Shown here one piece after another: positions 1 through 14,494 of a stretch of DNA of 64,000 bases. The notes under the pieces are model-generated. The model saw only the letters and a program-made list of their open reading frames with translations. It made no database searches and had not been told where the DNA came from. Position numbers and translations under genes: made by a program. Position 1 is the stretch's first letter, and each line of letters opens with the position of its first letter. The stretch comes from the human T2T-CHM13v2.0 reference genome, Homo sapiens, in NCBI RefSeq assembly GCF_009914755.1, contig NC_060925.1. One strand, given 5' to 3'.

Positions 1-401
1 TAATTCCATCTTGAAATGCGGAGAAGCAAACTCACATTCTGAAAGTAATTATCATCCCCTTCATTAATTGACATTATTTGGTTTGTCATCATCATCTAGC
101 CACTTGGTTTTTACAAATTATTTCCTCCCTGAAATAGCTTTCTAGTTGATTTTTCATTCTTTTATTTCATTCTCAAGAAGTGTTTAGATTTTCAAAATTT
201 ATTTTATTTTAATCCTAAAAGTATCATACTCAGAGTGAATTATCTATTTTAAATATGGGTGCTTGGAAATGTATACCTTGTATAGGAAGGAATTAAGTAG
301 GTGGTACAAAAATGCAATTTATCTAATCAATCTGTTTTTTCTTTAGGTTAAAAATATTTTCTCCCTTTCAAAAGGAAAAAAAATTACATCTTTTGTCTTT
401 T

Positions 402-548
402 TAATTTATTTGTTTATTTATCTTATTTACTTAGAGATGGGGTCTCACTTTGTTGCCCAGACTGGTCTCAAACTCCTGGGCTCAAGTGATCCTCCCACCT
501 CAGCCTGACAAAGTGCTGGGACTACAGGTGCAAGCTACTGTGCCCAGC
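402..548 (-). mobile_element. FLAM/Alu monomer
   Basis: Alu left-arm-like sequence (gagatggggtctcact...gtgcccagc) preceded by T-rich tail. Confidence 0.85.
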
Positions 549-1838
549 TTTTCTTCTATTTAAAGAACATATAAACTATTAAATAAAAATACTTATGATG
601 CTGGCATTTGTCACAAGGTGGGAGTTTAGAGGAAGTGCAATCAGTATCTTTGCTGCAGTATTTGCTGCCTGTTTTCTAACTGCTTTGCTGTTTTTTGCTG
701 ACCTTCATGTCCAATATTACCTCAAAATCCATCATCACCCTCTTCTAAAGCCTACCCACTGGGCATTGCTGGAGGCTGCTAATATCAATCACACCAGAGT
801 AAAGAGAGAAACTCTTCAGGGGTTCTTGTTGGCTTCCATATCTTAGCTCTATTTTTAACTCCCTGCAATCAACACTGATGCCATTAGACATTTGCTTAAT
901 CTCAGTGTACTCTTTCCTTGGCTCATTCCTCTCACACCTTAGAACATTTTCCCAAGCTACACCCTATGCTGTGAGTGACCATATGCTCTCTATTTTCTAG
1001 AGAGTCTCAATTTCAAATATTCTGTCTTGTTGCCAAATCAGCTGCCAAGCCATATGCTTCATATTTTCTTTGGGGAAATATATTTACCTACTTATGCTTC
1101 AGTTCCTTGAACTCTGCTCATGAAGATTTTTATTAGTTTTACATAATAGTTTATGAAAATTTTTTATTAGCTTAAAATGTAGCTCAGATGTCTTTTCCCT
1201 TGGGAAGCCCTCCTTCACAGTCCTCCTCCCTAGATGATACTCTCACCGATTAGGATTGCCTTCCTTGGTAGGGTTGGGAAAAGTGAAGGTGAAAGGGGTT
1301 GCTCCACATCTGTTATGGGTTTACCCACCTGCACTCTGCTGCTCAAGAGGGCTTCTCTGCCCAGTTAGAGGATACTCTTCATTTTTCTGCTGCAGATGGT
1401 TTGAGCCATTTCCCTCAATGGTAGAAATGGTTTGCTACATCTTCCTCCCATCTCCTGGTAGTCTATGGATCTGAGTATCTTTAGTAGCACATTGCCTCAC
1501 CTTGCACATTTTAGTCTAGAATAATACCATAGGGAAGGGATGGGGTTCCTGGTGGGCTTTACACTCTTAAGTCCAGTTGCATAGTTTAGAGCCTAGGGAA
1601 GAGTTTTGGCAGTCTAAGGATCTGGGAGACAATTATTGGATCAGGCACATATATACACATTGATCTCCCAAGGACAGACATCAATTTTTAGTGCTGTATC
1701 AATAAGGAGGAAAATAAACATTTTCCTAACTATTCTGTATAACACAGCCCTGGTATGCAATGAAGTTAGAGCTATACCTTATAATGTGAACAGCATTAGG
1801 CCTTTAACTCATTTTCCCCCTCTCCTCTTTTGCTTTTA

Positions 1839-2159
1839 TATTATATATATATATATTTATTTATTTATTTAATTTAGTTTTTTGAGATGGACTCTCCATC
1901 TGTCACCCAGGCTGGAGCGCAGTGGTGTGATCTCGGCTCACTGCAACTTCCGCCCCCCAGCTTCAAGCAATTCTGCCTCAGCCTCCCTAGTAGCTGGGAT
2001 TATGTTGCACTACCATGTCAGGCTACTTTTTGTATTTTTAGTAGAGATGGGGTTTTGCCATGTTGGCCAGGCTGGTCTCAAACTCCTGACCTCAAGTGAT
2101 CTGCCCACTTCACCCTCCCAAAGTGCTGGGCTTACAGGCATGAGCCATCATGCCCGGCC
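1839..2159 (-). mobile_element. AluS (Sx/Sz-like); tail decayed to (TA)n/(TTTA)n
   Basis: Full dimeric Alu; 13-bp TSD tcttttgctttta at 1826-1838 and 2161-2173. Confidence 0.95.
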
Positions 2160-2384
2160 TTCTTTTGCTTTTAAATAGGGAAGTCCAGGCCAACTAAAAA
2201 TTTAAAAATAGGCCAATTGCTGACCCTAATTTCCCCCTAATAAATGAAAGTATGATATAAACTGTGGCCCTTCTCTGCAAGAAAAGATATACCCAGTCAA
2301 TGTACAAAGAATTTTACATAGTTTCAGGGCATACACACACCTTTCTAGAAGATTTCTGCATTTTACAATAATTCCTATCATATT

Positions 2385-3510
<1,126 letters not shown>

Positions 3511-3515
3511 AAGTG

Positions 3516-3940
3516 TGCATTAGTGTGCTAGGGTTGCCATAACAAAATACCATAGACTAGGTGACTTAAATTACAGATATTTATTTTCTCATACTTCTGG
3601 AGGCTGGAAGTCTAAGATCAAGGTACCACCAGCAGGGTTGATTTCTGGTGAGGTCTGTCTTCCTGGTTTGCAGATAGTTGTCCTTTTGCAATGTCTTCAT
3701 AAGGCCTTTTTTTTCTGTGTGCGGGTGAGAGAGAGGGAGAGAGAGGTGTGCATAAGCATGCACTGTGGGGTTTCTTCCTCTTGTAATGACACCAGTCCTG
3801 TTGGATTAGGAACCCACCCTTAGGAACTCATTTAACCTTAATTACCTCCCTAAAGACCGTATCTCAAAATACAGTCACATTGGGGGTTAAGGCTTCAACA
3901 TATGAATTGGGGTGGGGGAGACACAATTCAGCCCATAACA
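3516..3940 (-). mobile_element. MLT1A-type MaLR solo LTR
   Basis: Reverse complement begins tgttatgggctgaattgtgtc...ttcatatgttgaagcc, like MLT1A 5' end; ends in CA. Confidence 0.85.
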
Positions 3941-4005
3941 AACTGTATTCCACAGTTGATAAAGTCATAGACATTCAAGTCAAGCAAAACTGGATTTAAA
4001 AACTT

Positions 4006-4135
4006 AGCTACCTGGGAGGCTGAGGTGAGAGGATTGCTTGAGACCAGGAGTTTGAGGCTGCAGTGAGCTATCATTGTACCACTGCACTCCAAGTATGGGT
4101 GACAGAACAAGAGCCTGTTTCTAAAAAACAAAACA
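4006..4135 (+). mobile_element. Alu right-arm fragment (AluJ/FRAM)
   Basis: gggaggctgaggtgagaggattgcttgag...gcactcca followed by A-rich tail. Confidence 0.8.
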
Positions 4136-5254
4136 AATTCTGGTGAGAATGTGGAGAAAATAGAAGCCTTGTACACTGTCAGCGGGAATGTAAATTAGTG
4201 TAAACCACTATGGAGAGCAGTTTGGAGGATCCTCAAAAAACTAAAAATAGAGCTACCATATGATCCTACAATCCCACTGCTAGGCATATACGTACTCAAA
4301 AGAAAGAAAATCAGTACATCAAAGAGATATCTGCACTCCTATGTTTACTGCAGCACTATTCATAATAGCTAAGATTTGAAAGCAATCTAAGTGCCCATCA
4401 ACAGATGAACAGATAAAGAAAATATGGTCCTTATACACAGTGAAGTACTATTCACTCATGAAAAAGAATGAGATCCTGTCATTTGCAACAACATGGATGA
4501 AACTGGAGGTCATTATGTTAAGTGAAATAAGCCAGGGACAGAAAGACAAACTTCACATATTCTCACTTATTAGTGGGAGCTAAAAATTAAAACAACTGAA
4601 CTCATGGAGATAGAGAGTAGAATGATAGTTACCAGAAGCTGGGAAGGGTTGTGGGGGAATGTGGGGGAAGTAGAGATGGTTAATGGATACAAAAAATAGT
4701 TAGAAACTATATTAGGCAGTTCTCACACTACTATAAATACCTGAGACTGGGTAATTTATAAAGAAAAGAGGTTTAATTGGCTCATAGTTCTGTAGGCTGT
4801 ATAGGAGTCATAGTGGCTTCTCTTTGGCTTCTGGGGAGGCCTCTGGAAACTTACAGTCATGGCAGAAGGTGAAAATGAAGCAAGCATGTCTTACATGGCC
4901 AGAGCAGGAGGAAGAGAGAGAGGGGCAGAGGTACTACACACTTTTAAACAACCAGATCTCATGAGAACTCTATCATGGGAACAGCACTAGGGCGATGGTG
5001 CTAAACCATTTATGAGAAACTGCCCCCATGATCCAGTCACCTCCCACCAGGCCCCACCTCCAACAATGGGGATTACAATTTGACATGAGATTTGGGCCAA
5101 ACCATATCAGAAACAATGAATAAGATCTAGTATGTGATAGCACAATGGGGTGACCTGAGTTGATAATTTAATTCTACATTTTAAAATAACTAAAAGAGTA
5201 TAATTGGATTGTTTGTAATACAAAGGATAAACACTTGAGGTGGTGGATATTCCC
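4133..5254 (+). mobile_element. L1MA (L1MA2/3-like) 3' end, split by MSTA LTR
   Basis: ORF2 C-terminal remnant and L1MA 3' UTR (gaataagatctagta...aaaataactaaaagagtataattggattg). Confidence 0.85.
4708..5109 (-). mobile_element. MSTA-type solo LTR
   Basis: MST LTR sequence; 5-bp TSD gaaac at 4703-4707 and 5110-5114. Confidence 0.9.
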
Positions 5255-8200
5255 TGATATGGTTTGGATCTGTGTCCCCATCCAAATCTCATATTGAAAT
5301 GTAGTCCCCAGTGTTGGAGTTGGGGCCTGGTGGGAGGTGATTGGATCATGGGAACAGTTTCTAATGGTTTAGCACCATCTGCCTTCGGTACTGTACAGTG
5401 AGTTCTCACAAGATCTAGTTGTTTAAAAATGTGTAGCACCTTCCCCCACCTTCCTCCTGCTCTGGTGATGTGAGGTGCTCAGTCACCTCATGCCTTCTGC
5501 CATGATTGTAAGTTTTCTAAGGCCTCCCCAGAAGACAAGCAGATGCCAGCCACTATGCTTCCCATACAGCCTGCAGAACTGTGAGCAAATTAAACCTCTT
5601 TTCTTTATAAATTACCCTGTCTCAGGTATTTATTTAGAGCAGTGATAACAGACTAATATAGAAAGTTCTTACCAGGAGTCGGGGATTGCTATAAAGATAC
5701 CTGAAAATGTGAAGCAGCTTTGGAACTGGGTAACAGGCAGAGGCTGGAACAGTTTGCAAGGCTCAGAAGAAGACAGGAAGATGAGGAAAAGTTTAAAAAT
5801 TCCTAAACTTGAATGGTTGTGGTCAAAATGCTGGTAGTGATCAATGGTTGTGATCAAAATGCTAGACAGTGAAGGCCAGGCTGAGGAAGTCTCCAGATAG
5901 AAATGAGGAATTTATTGGGAACTGGAGCAAAGGTCACTTTTGTTATACTTTAGCAAAGAACTTGGAGGCATTGTGGCCCTTCCCTAGAGATCTATGAAAC
6001 TTTGAACTTGAGAGTGATGATATCCAGGGTATCTGGAGGAAGACATTTCTAAGCAGCAAAGCATTCTAGATTTGGCCTGGCTGCATCTAACAGCCTATGC
6101 TCATATGCATGAGCAAAGAAATGACATAAAACTGGAACTTATGTTTAAAAGGGAAGCAGAATGTAAAAGTTGGGAAAATTTGCAGACTGGCCATGTGGTA
6201 GAAAAGAAGAGCCTATTTTCTGGGGAGGAATTCAAGCAGGCTGCAGAAATTTGCAAAAGTAAAAGGAAAGCAAACGCTGATAGCCAAGACAATGGGGAAA
6301 AGGGCTGGAAGGCATTTCATAGATCTTTGTGGCAGCCCTTCCTACCACAGGCCCAGAGACCTAGGAAAGAAGAATGGTTTTTGGGCCAGGTTCAGGGCCC
6401 CACCATTCTGCACAGCCTTGGGACACTGCTCCCTGTGTCCCAGCTGCTCCAGGTCCAGCCTCGGCTCAAAGGGGCCTAGGTACAGCTCAGGCAGCTGCTT
6501 CAAAATGTGCAATCCATAGCTTTGGTGGCTTTCATGTGGTGTTAAGCCTGTGGGTGTACAGAATGCAAGAGTTGAGGCTTGGGAGCCTCTGCCTATGTAT
6601 GTATGGAGGATGTATGGAAAAGCCTGGATATTCAGACAGAAGCTTGTTGCAGGGGTAGAGCCCTCACAGAGAACCTCTACTAGGACAGTGGAGAGGGGAA
6701 ATGTGGGGTTGGAACCCCCATATTTAGTCTCCACTGGGACACTGCCTAGTGGAGCTGTGAGAAGAAGAGGGCCATTGTCCTCCAGATCCCAGAATGGTAG
6801 ATCCATTGGCAGCTTGCACCCTGTGTCTGGAAAAGGCAGAGGCACTCAACATCAGCCCCTGAGAACAGCTGTGTGGGTTGAACCCTGCAAAGCCACAGGG
6901 GTGAAGCTGCCCAGGACTTTGGGAGTCCACCCCTCATACCAGTGTGCCCTGGATGTGGGACACAGAGTAAAAAGAGATTATTTTGGAACTTTAAGATTTA
7001 ATGACTTTCCTGCTGGGTTTTGGACTTGCATGAGGCCTGTAGCCCCTTTCTTTTGGCTGATTTCTCTCTTTTGGAATGGGAGTATTTACCCAATGCGTGT
7101 ACTCCCATTGTATCTTGGGAGTAACTAACTTGTTTTTGATTTTACAGGCTCATAGGTGGAAGGGACTTGGCTTGTCTCAGATGAGACTTTGGACTTTTGA
7201 GTTAATGCTGAAATGGGTTAAGGCTTTGGGGGATGGTTGAGAAGGGATGATTGTATTTTGCAATGTAAGATGGACATGAGATTTGAAAGGGCCAAAGGAA
7301 GAATGATATGGTTTGGATCTGTGTCCCCACCCAAATCTCATGTCAAATTGTAATCCCCAGTGGTGAAGGTGGGGCCTGGTGGGAGGTGATTGGCCCATGG
7401 GGGCAGTTTCTTTTTCTTAAAATTTTTTCTTTTACATTAAGTTCCAGGATACAAGTGCAGAATACATGCAGGTATGTTACATAGGTATACATGTGCCATG
7501 GTGGTTTGCTGCACCTATTGATCCATCCTCTAAGTTCCCTCCCCTCGCCCCATGCCCCCAACAGGCTCTGGTGTGTGTTGTTCCTCTCCCTGTGTCCATG
7601 TGTTCTCACTGACCAACTCCCACTTATGCATAAGAACATGCGGTGTTTGGTTTTCTATTCCTGTGTTAGTTTGCTGAGGATGATGGCTTCCAGCTTCATC
7701 CATGTCCCCTCAAAGGACATGATCTCATTCCTTTTAATGGCTGCATAGTATTCCATAGTATATATGTACCACATTTTCTTTATCCAGTCTATCATTGATG
7801 GGCATTTGGGTTGGTTACATGACTTTGCTATTATAAATAGTGCTGCAACAAACATACATGTGCATATGTTTTTATAGCAGAATGATTTATATTCCTTTGG
7901 GTATTTACCGAGTAATGGAATTGCTGGGTCAAATGGTATTTCTGGTTCTAGATCCTTCAGGAATCGCCATACTGTCTTCCACAATGGTTGAACTAATTTA
8001 CATTCCCATCAACAGTGTAAAAGCATTCCTATTTCTCCACAACCTTGCCAACCACTATTATTTCTTGCCTTTTTAATAATCACCATTCTGACTGTCATGA
8101 GATGGTATCTCATTGTTGTTTTGTTTTGCATTTCTCTAATGATCATTGATGTTGAGCTTTTTTTCATATGTTTGTTGGATGCATAAAAATCTTCTTTTGA

Positions 8201-11200
8201 GAAGTGTCTGTTCATAACCCTTGCCCACTTTTTGATAGGGTTTTTTTTTTTCTTGTAAATTTGTTTAAGTTCCTTGTAAATTCTGGATATCAGACCTTTG
8301 TCAGATGGGTAAATTGCAAAAATTTTCTCCCATTCTGTAGGTTGCCTGTTTACACTGATGATAGTTTATTTTGCTGTGCAGAAGCTCTTTAGTTTTATTA
8401 TATCCCATTTGTCAATTTTGGCTTTTGTTGCAATTGCTTTTGGCATTTTTGTCATGAAGTTTTGCCCATGCCTATGTCCTAAATGGTACTGCCTACGTTT
8501 CCTTCAAGGGTTTTTATGGTTTTGGGTTTTACATTTAAGTCTTTAATCCATCTTGAGTTAATTTTTGTATAAGGCGAAAGGAAGGGATCCAGTTTCAATT
8601 ATCTGCATATGGGTAGCCAGTTTTCCCAGCACCATTTATTGAATAGGAGATCCTTTCCCCATTGCTTGTTTTTGTCAGGTTTGTTGAAGATCAGATGGTT
8701 GTAGATGTATGACATTATTTCTGAGGTCTCTGTTCTGTTCCATTGGTCTATATGTCTGTTTTGGTACCAGTACCATGCTGTTTTGGTTACTGTAGCCTTG
8801 TAGTATAGTTTGAAGTCAGGTAGCGCGATGCCTCCACCTTTGTTCTTTTTGCTTAGGATTGTCTTGGCTATACAGGGACTTCATTGATTCCATATGAAAT
8901 TTAAAGTAGTTTTATCTAATTCTGTGAAGAATGTCAGTGGTAATTTGATGGGGATAGCATTGAATCTATAAACTACTTTGGGCAGTATGGCCATTTTCAA
9001 GATATGGACTCTTCCTATCCATGAGGTTGGAATGTTTTTCCAATTGTTTGTGTCCTCTCTTATTTCCTTGAGCAGTGGTTTGTAGTTCTCCTTGAAAAGG
9101 TCCTTCACATCCCTTGTTAGCTGTATTCCTAGGTATTTTATTCTCTTTGTAGTGATTGTGAATAGGAATTCACTCATGATTTGGCTCTCTGCTTGTCTAT
9201 TATTGGTGTAAAGGAAGGCTTGTGATTTTTGCACATTGATTTTGTATGTTGAGGCTTTGCTGAATTTGCTTATCAGTTTAAGGAAGTTTTGGGCTGAGAT
9301 AATGGGGTTTTCTAAATATACAATCATGTCATCTGCATACAGAAACAATCTGACTTCCTCTCTTCCTATTTGAATACACTTTTATTTCTTTCTCTTGCCT
9401 GATTGCCCTGGCCAGAACTTTCAATACTATGTTGAATAGGAGTTGTGAGAGCGGGCATTCTTGTCTTGTACTGGTTTTCAAAGAGAATGCTTCCAGCTTT
9501 TGCCCATTCAATATGATATTGGCTGTGGATTTGCCAAAAATAGCTCTTATTATTTTGACATACGTTCCATCAATATCTAGTTTATTAAGAGCTTTTAACA
9601 TGAAGGGATGTTGAATTTTATTGAAGGCCTTTTCTGCATCTATTGAGATAATCACGTGGTTTTTGTCATTGGTTCTGTTTATGTGATGGATTATGTTTAT
9701 TGATTTGCATATGTTGAACTAGCCTTGTATCCCAGGGATGAAGCCAACTTGAAAATGATGGATAAGCTTTTTGATGTGCTGCTGGATTTGGTTTGCCAGT
9801 ATTTTATTGAGGATTTTCACATTGATGTTCATCAGGGATATTGGCCTGAAGTTTTCTTTCTTTTCTTGGGTCTGTTCCTGGTTTTGGTATCAGGATGATG
9901 CTGGCTTCATAAAATGAGTTAGGGAGGAGTCCCTCCTTTTCAATTATTTGGAATAATTTCAGAAGGAATGGTACCAGCTCCTCTTTGTAACTCTGGTAGA
10001 ATTTGGCTGTGAATCCATCTGGTCCTGGGCTTTTTAATTTTTTTGGTTGGTAGGCTATTAATTACTGCCTCAATTTCAGAACTTGTTATTGGTCTACTCA
10101 GGGATTGGACTTCTCCTAGTTGAGTCTTGGGAGGGTGTATGTGTCCAGGAATTTATCCATTTCTTCTAGATTTTCTAGTTTATTTGTGTAGAGGTGTTTA
10201 TGGCATTCTCTGATGGTAGTTTGTATTTCCATGGGGTCAGTGGTGATATCCCCTTTATCATTTTTTATTGTGCCTATTTGATGCTTCTCTCTTTTCTTCT
10301 TTATTAATTGAGCTAGCAGTCTATTTTGTTAATTTTTTAAAAAAATCCGCCCCTGGATTCATTGATTTTTTGGAGGGTTTTTCATGTCTCTATCTCCTTT
10401 AATTCTGCTTTGATTTTAGTTATTTCTTGTCTTCTGCTAGCTTTTGGATTAGTTTGCTCTTGCCTCTCTAGCTCTTTTAATTGTGATGTTAGGGTGTCAA
10501 TTTGAGATCTTTCTAGTTTTCCAATGTGGGTATTTAGTGCTATAAATTTCCCTCTTAACACTGCTTAACTAGCTGTAGCCTAGAGATTCTGGTATATTGT
10601 CTCTTTGTTCTCATTGGTTTCAAATAACTTTTTGATTTTGCCTTAATTTCATTATTTACCCAGTAGTCAATCAGGAGCAGGTTGTTCAATTTCCATGTAA
10701 TTGTGTGGTTTTGAGTGAGTTTCTTTATTCTGAGTTCTAATTTGATTGCACTGTGGTCTGAGAGACTGTTTGTTATGATTTCAATTCTTTTGCATTTGCT
10801 AAGGAGTCCTTTAATTCCAATTCTGTGGTTGATTTTAGAATAAGTGCCATGTAGCACTGAGAAGAATGTATATTCTGTTGACTTGGGGTGGAGAGTTCTG
10901 TAGATGTCTATTAGTTCCACTTGATCCAGAGCTGAGTTCAAGTCCTGAATATCTTTGTTTATTTTCTGTCTCATTGATCTAATATTGACAGTGGGGTGTT
11001 AAAGTCTCCCACTATTATTGTGTGGGAGTCTAAGTCTCCTTGTAGGTCTCTAAGAACTTGCTCTATGAATCTGGGTGCTCCTGTATTGGGTGCATATATA
11101 TTTAGAACAGTTAGCTCTTCTTGTTGAATCGTTCCCTTTACCATTAGGTAATGCCCTTGTTTGTCTTTTTTTAATCTTTGTTGATTTAAAGTCTGTTTTG

Positions 11201-14146
11201 TCAGAGACTAGGATTGCAACCCTTGCTTTTTTTTTTTTGCCTTACATTTGCTTGGTAAATTTTCTTCCATCCCTTTATTTTGAGCCTATGTGTGTCTTTG
11301 CACATGAGATGGGTCTCCTGAATACAGCACACTGATGGGTCTTGACTCTTTATCCAATTTGCCAGTCTGTGTCTTTTAACTGGGGCATTTAGCCCTTTTA
11401 CATTTAAAGTTAGTATTATTATGTGTAAATTTGATTCTGTCATGATGCTGTCTGGTTATTTTGCACACTAGTTGATGCAGTTTCTTCATAGTGTCATTGG
11501 TCTTTATATTTTGATGTGTTTTTGCAGTGGCTGGTAGCAGTTTTCCTTTCCATATTTAGTGCTTCTTTCAGGAGCTCTTACAAGGCAGGCCTTGTGATAA
11601 TGAAATCCCTCAGCATTTGCTTGTCTGGAAAGGGTTTTATTTCTGCTTCACTATGAAGCTTAGTTTGGCTGGATATGAAATTCTGGGTTGAAAATTATTT
11701 TCTTTGAGAATGTTGAATATTGGCCCCCCCATCTCTTCTGCCTTGTAGAGTTTCTGCTGAGAGCTCCACTGTTAGTCTGATGGACTTCCCTTTGTAGGTG
11801 ACCTGGTTTTTCTCTCTGGCTGTCCTTAACATTTTTTTCCTTCATTTCAACCTTGGAGAATCTGATGATTATGTGTCTTGGGGTTGATCGTCTCATGGAG
11901 TATCTTGGTGGTGCTCTCTGTATTTTGTGAATTTGCATGTTGGCCTTTCTTGCTAGGTTGGGGAAGTTCTCCTGAATAGCCTGAAGTGTGTTTTCCAGCT
12001 TGTTTCCATTCTCCCCATCTCCTTCAGGTACTCCAATCAATCATAGGTTCTGTCTTTTTACGAAGTCCCATATTTCTTGGAGGCTTTGTTCATTCCTTTT
12101 CATTCTTTTTTCTCTAGCCTTGTTTGCATGCCTTATTTCAGCAAGGTGGTCTTCAAACTCTGATATCCTTTCTTCTGCCTGGTCGATTCAGCTATTGATA
12201 ATGTGTATGCTTCACAAAGTTCTCGTGCTGTGTTTTTCAGCTCCATCAGATCACTTATGTTCCTCTCTAAGCTGGTTATTCTAGCTGGCAGCTCCTCTAA
12301 CCTTTTATCAAGGTTCTTAGCTTCTTCATATTGAATTAGAACATGCTCCTTTAGCTCAGCATAGTTTTTTATTATCCATCTTCTGAAGCCTACTTCTGTC
12401 AATTCACCCATCTCATCCTCCGTCCAGTTCTGCGCCCTTTCTGGAGAGACAATGCAATCATTTGGAGGGGAAGAGGCACTCTGGCCTTTTGGGTTTTCAG
12501 CATTTTTTTGTTGATTCTTTCTGATCTTCATGAGTTTGTGTAGTTTCGATCTTTGAGGCTGCTGATCCTTGGATGGGGTTTTTGTGGGGGCTTTTTGCTG
12601 TGTTGTTACTGTTTGTTTGTTTGTTTTTCTTTCAATGGTCAGATCCCTCTTCTGTAGGGATACTGCGATTTGCTGGGGGGTTCCACTTCAGGCCCTATTC
12701 ATCTGGTTCGTTCTTGTGCCTGGAGATGTCACTCAAGGAGGAGAACAGCAAAGATGAGTGCCTGCTCCTTCTTCTGGGACCTCTGACCTCAAGGGGCACC
12801 AAACTGATGCCAGTAGGATCACTCCTGTATAGGGTGTCTGACAACACCTGTTGGAGGGTCTCACCCAGTTGGGTGGCATAGGGAACAGGACCTGTTTAAT
12901 GAAGTACTTTGTCCCTTGGTGGAGGGGTGTGCTTTGCTGGGTGGGAAACCCACTCCTCTGGGCTGCCTGGATTCCTCAGAACTACCAGGAGGAAAGGCTA
13001 AGTCTGCTGGTCCAGAGACTGTGGCAACTCCTCCCCCTAGGGGCTCAGGCCCAGGAGATCCGGGTTCTGTCCCTGAGCCTCTGGCTGGAGTTACTGGAGT
13101 CCCTGCAGGGAAGCCCTGCCCAGTGAGGAAGGATGAGTCAGGGTCAGGCTTGAAGAGGCACTCTGGACACAGTATGTCACAGCCAGTGTGTTGGGCTGTG
13201 GGGGACACATCTTGGGACCAAGCCGTCCAGCCTTCCTGGCCCCAGCAGGGGAAAAGTGTGGCCTGGAGCCATAGAGATGGCTGCCATCCTTCCCCTGCCC
13301 AGGGAGCTCAGTGTGTTAGGCAGTTGTGAGTCCCAGTGCTGGCTGCTGCCCCTCCCCCAAGGAGCTCAAATGGCTTAGACAGCAGGCAGCTGCAACCGTG
13401 GTGCTGGTTGCCCCTTCCCCCCAGGAGCTTGGTAGGCTTAAGCAGATTCTAGCTGAGAGGCTATTGAGAATATGTACGGCTCTGGGGTTGGGACACTAGG
13501 CCCTAGTGGCATGGGTTTGCGAGTGGGATCTTCTGATCTGTGGGCCGCCCAGTTCTGTGGAAAAAGCACTGTTTCCCCAGCTGGCTACCATGCCCACTCA
13601 CCACCTCCCTTGGCTGTGGGCTGGGGACTCCACTGCCCTGTGTGGCTCTCAGGTGGGCCACCTCACTACACTGCTCTTCTTTCCTCTCCGTGGGTCACGC
13701 CAGTCCCCTAGTCCATTCTGATGAGAACCTGAATACCTTGGTTGCTGGTGAAGGATTCACATGCTTATTATGGTCCTTTTTGATGGGAGCCTCCAATCAC
13801 CACTGCTTCTAGTCGGCCACCTTGGCCCTGATGGGGGCAGTTTCTAATGGTTTAGCAGTGTCCCCTCTTTGTACTGTATAGTGATTTTGTTCTCACAAGA
13901 TCTGGTTGTTTAAAAGTGTGTAGCACCTCCCCGACTTTCTCCTGCTCTGGCCATGTGAGGCCTTCACCCCTCCTTTGCCTTCTGCCATGATTTTAAGTTT
14001 TCTGAGGCCTCTCCAGAAATTCAGCAGATGCCAGCTGCTATGCTTCCTGTACAGCCTGCAGAACTATGAGCCAATTAAACCTCTTTTCTTATAAATTACT
14101 CAGTTTCAGGTATTTCTTCATAGCAGAGTGAAAACGAACTGATACA
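5255..14146 (+). mobile_element. Complete MSTA (ERVL-MaLR) provirus: 5'LTR 5255-5660, internal 5661-7303, 3'LTR 7304-7411 + 13846-14146 split by L1
   Basis: Both LTRs start tgatatggtttggatctgtgtcccc; ~1.65-kb MaLR internal region; 3' LTR resumes after the L1 TSD. Confidence 0.92.
7412..13830 (-). mobile_element. Full-length L1PA8-like LINE-1 (decayed ORF1 ~12531-11520, ORF2 ~11443-7620)
   Basis: 5'UTR ggccaaggtggccgactagaagcag; ORF1/ORF2 peptide fragments in ORF track (YADD RT motif 8881-9348); 3'UTR gggagggaacttagagga; 15-bp TSD atgggggcagtttct at 7397-7411 and 13831-13845. Confidence 0.95.
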
Positions 14147-14247
14147 CTCCTTCAAAAAAATAAATTAATAAGTTAATTGAACAACAACAAAAAATTGGCT
14201 ACCACAACCCAAAAAGTACATCAGCAAGTACACAGATAAAAACATTT

Positions 14248-14486
14248 CACTCTTGAACAACATGGGTTTGACCTATGCAGGTGAACTTATTTATGAATTT
14301 TTTTCAACCAAATGCAGATTGAAAATACAGTATTCAAGAGATGCAAAACCCATGTATACAACAGGGCAACTTCTCTTTTATACAAGGGTTCTTTCTGCAG
14401 GGCTGACTGTGGGACTTGAACGTGTGCAGATTTTGGTAAATGTGGGAATCCTGAAACCAGTCCCCAAGAAAACTGAGGGATGACTG
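14248..14486 (-). mobile_element. MER8 (TcMar-Tigger MITE)
   Basis: ttgaacaacatgggtttga...ggattttggta-like...gagggatgactg followed by TA. Confidence 0.8.
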
Positions 14487-14494
14487 TAATTGAA

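Noticed and set aside
595-846. 83-aa hydrophobic ORF or processed pseudogene
   Set aside because: No recognisable homology, poly(A) or TSD; cannot be supported without a search
6072-7128. 135-192 aa ORFs in MSTA-internal
   Set aside because: Fragmented MaLR internal sequence with stops and frame changes; no sign of domestication
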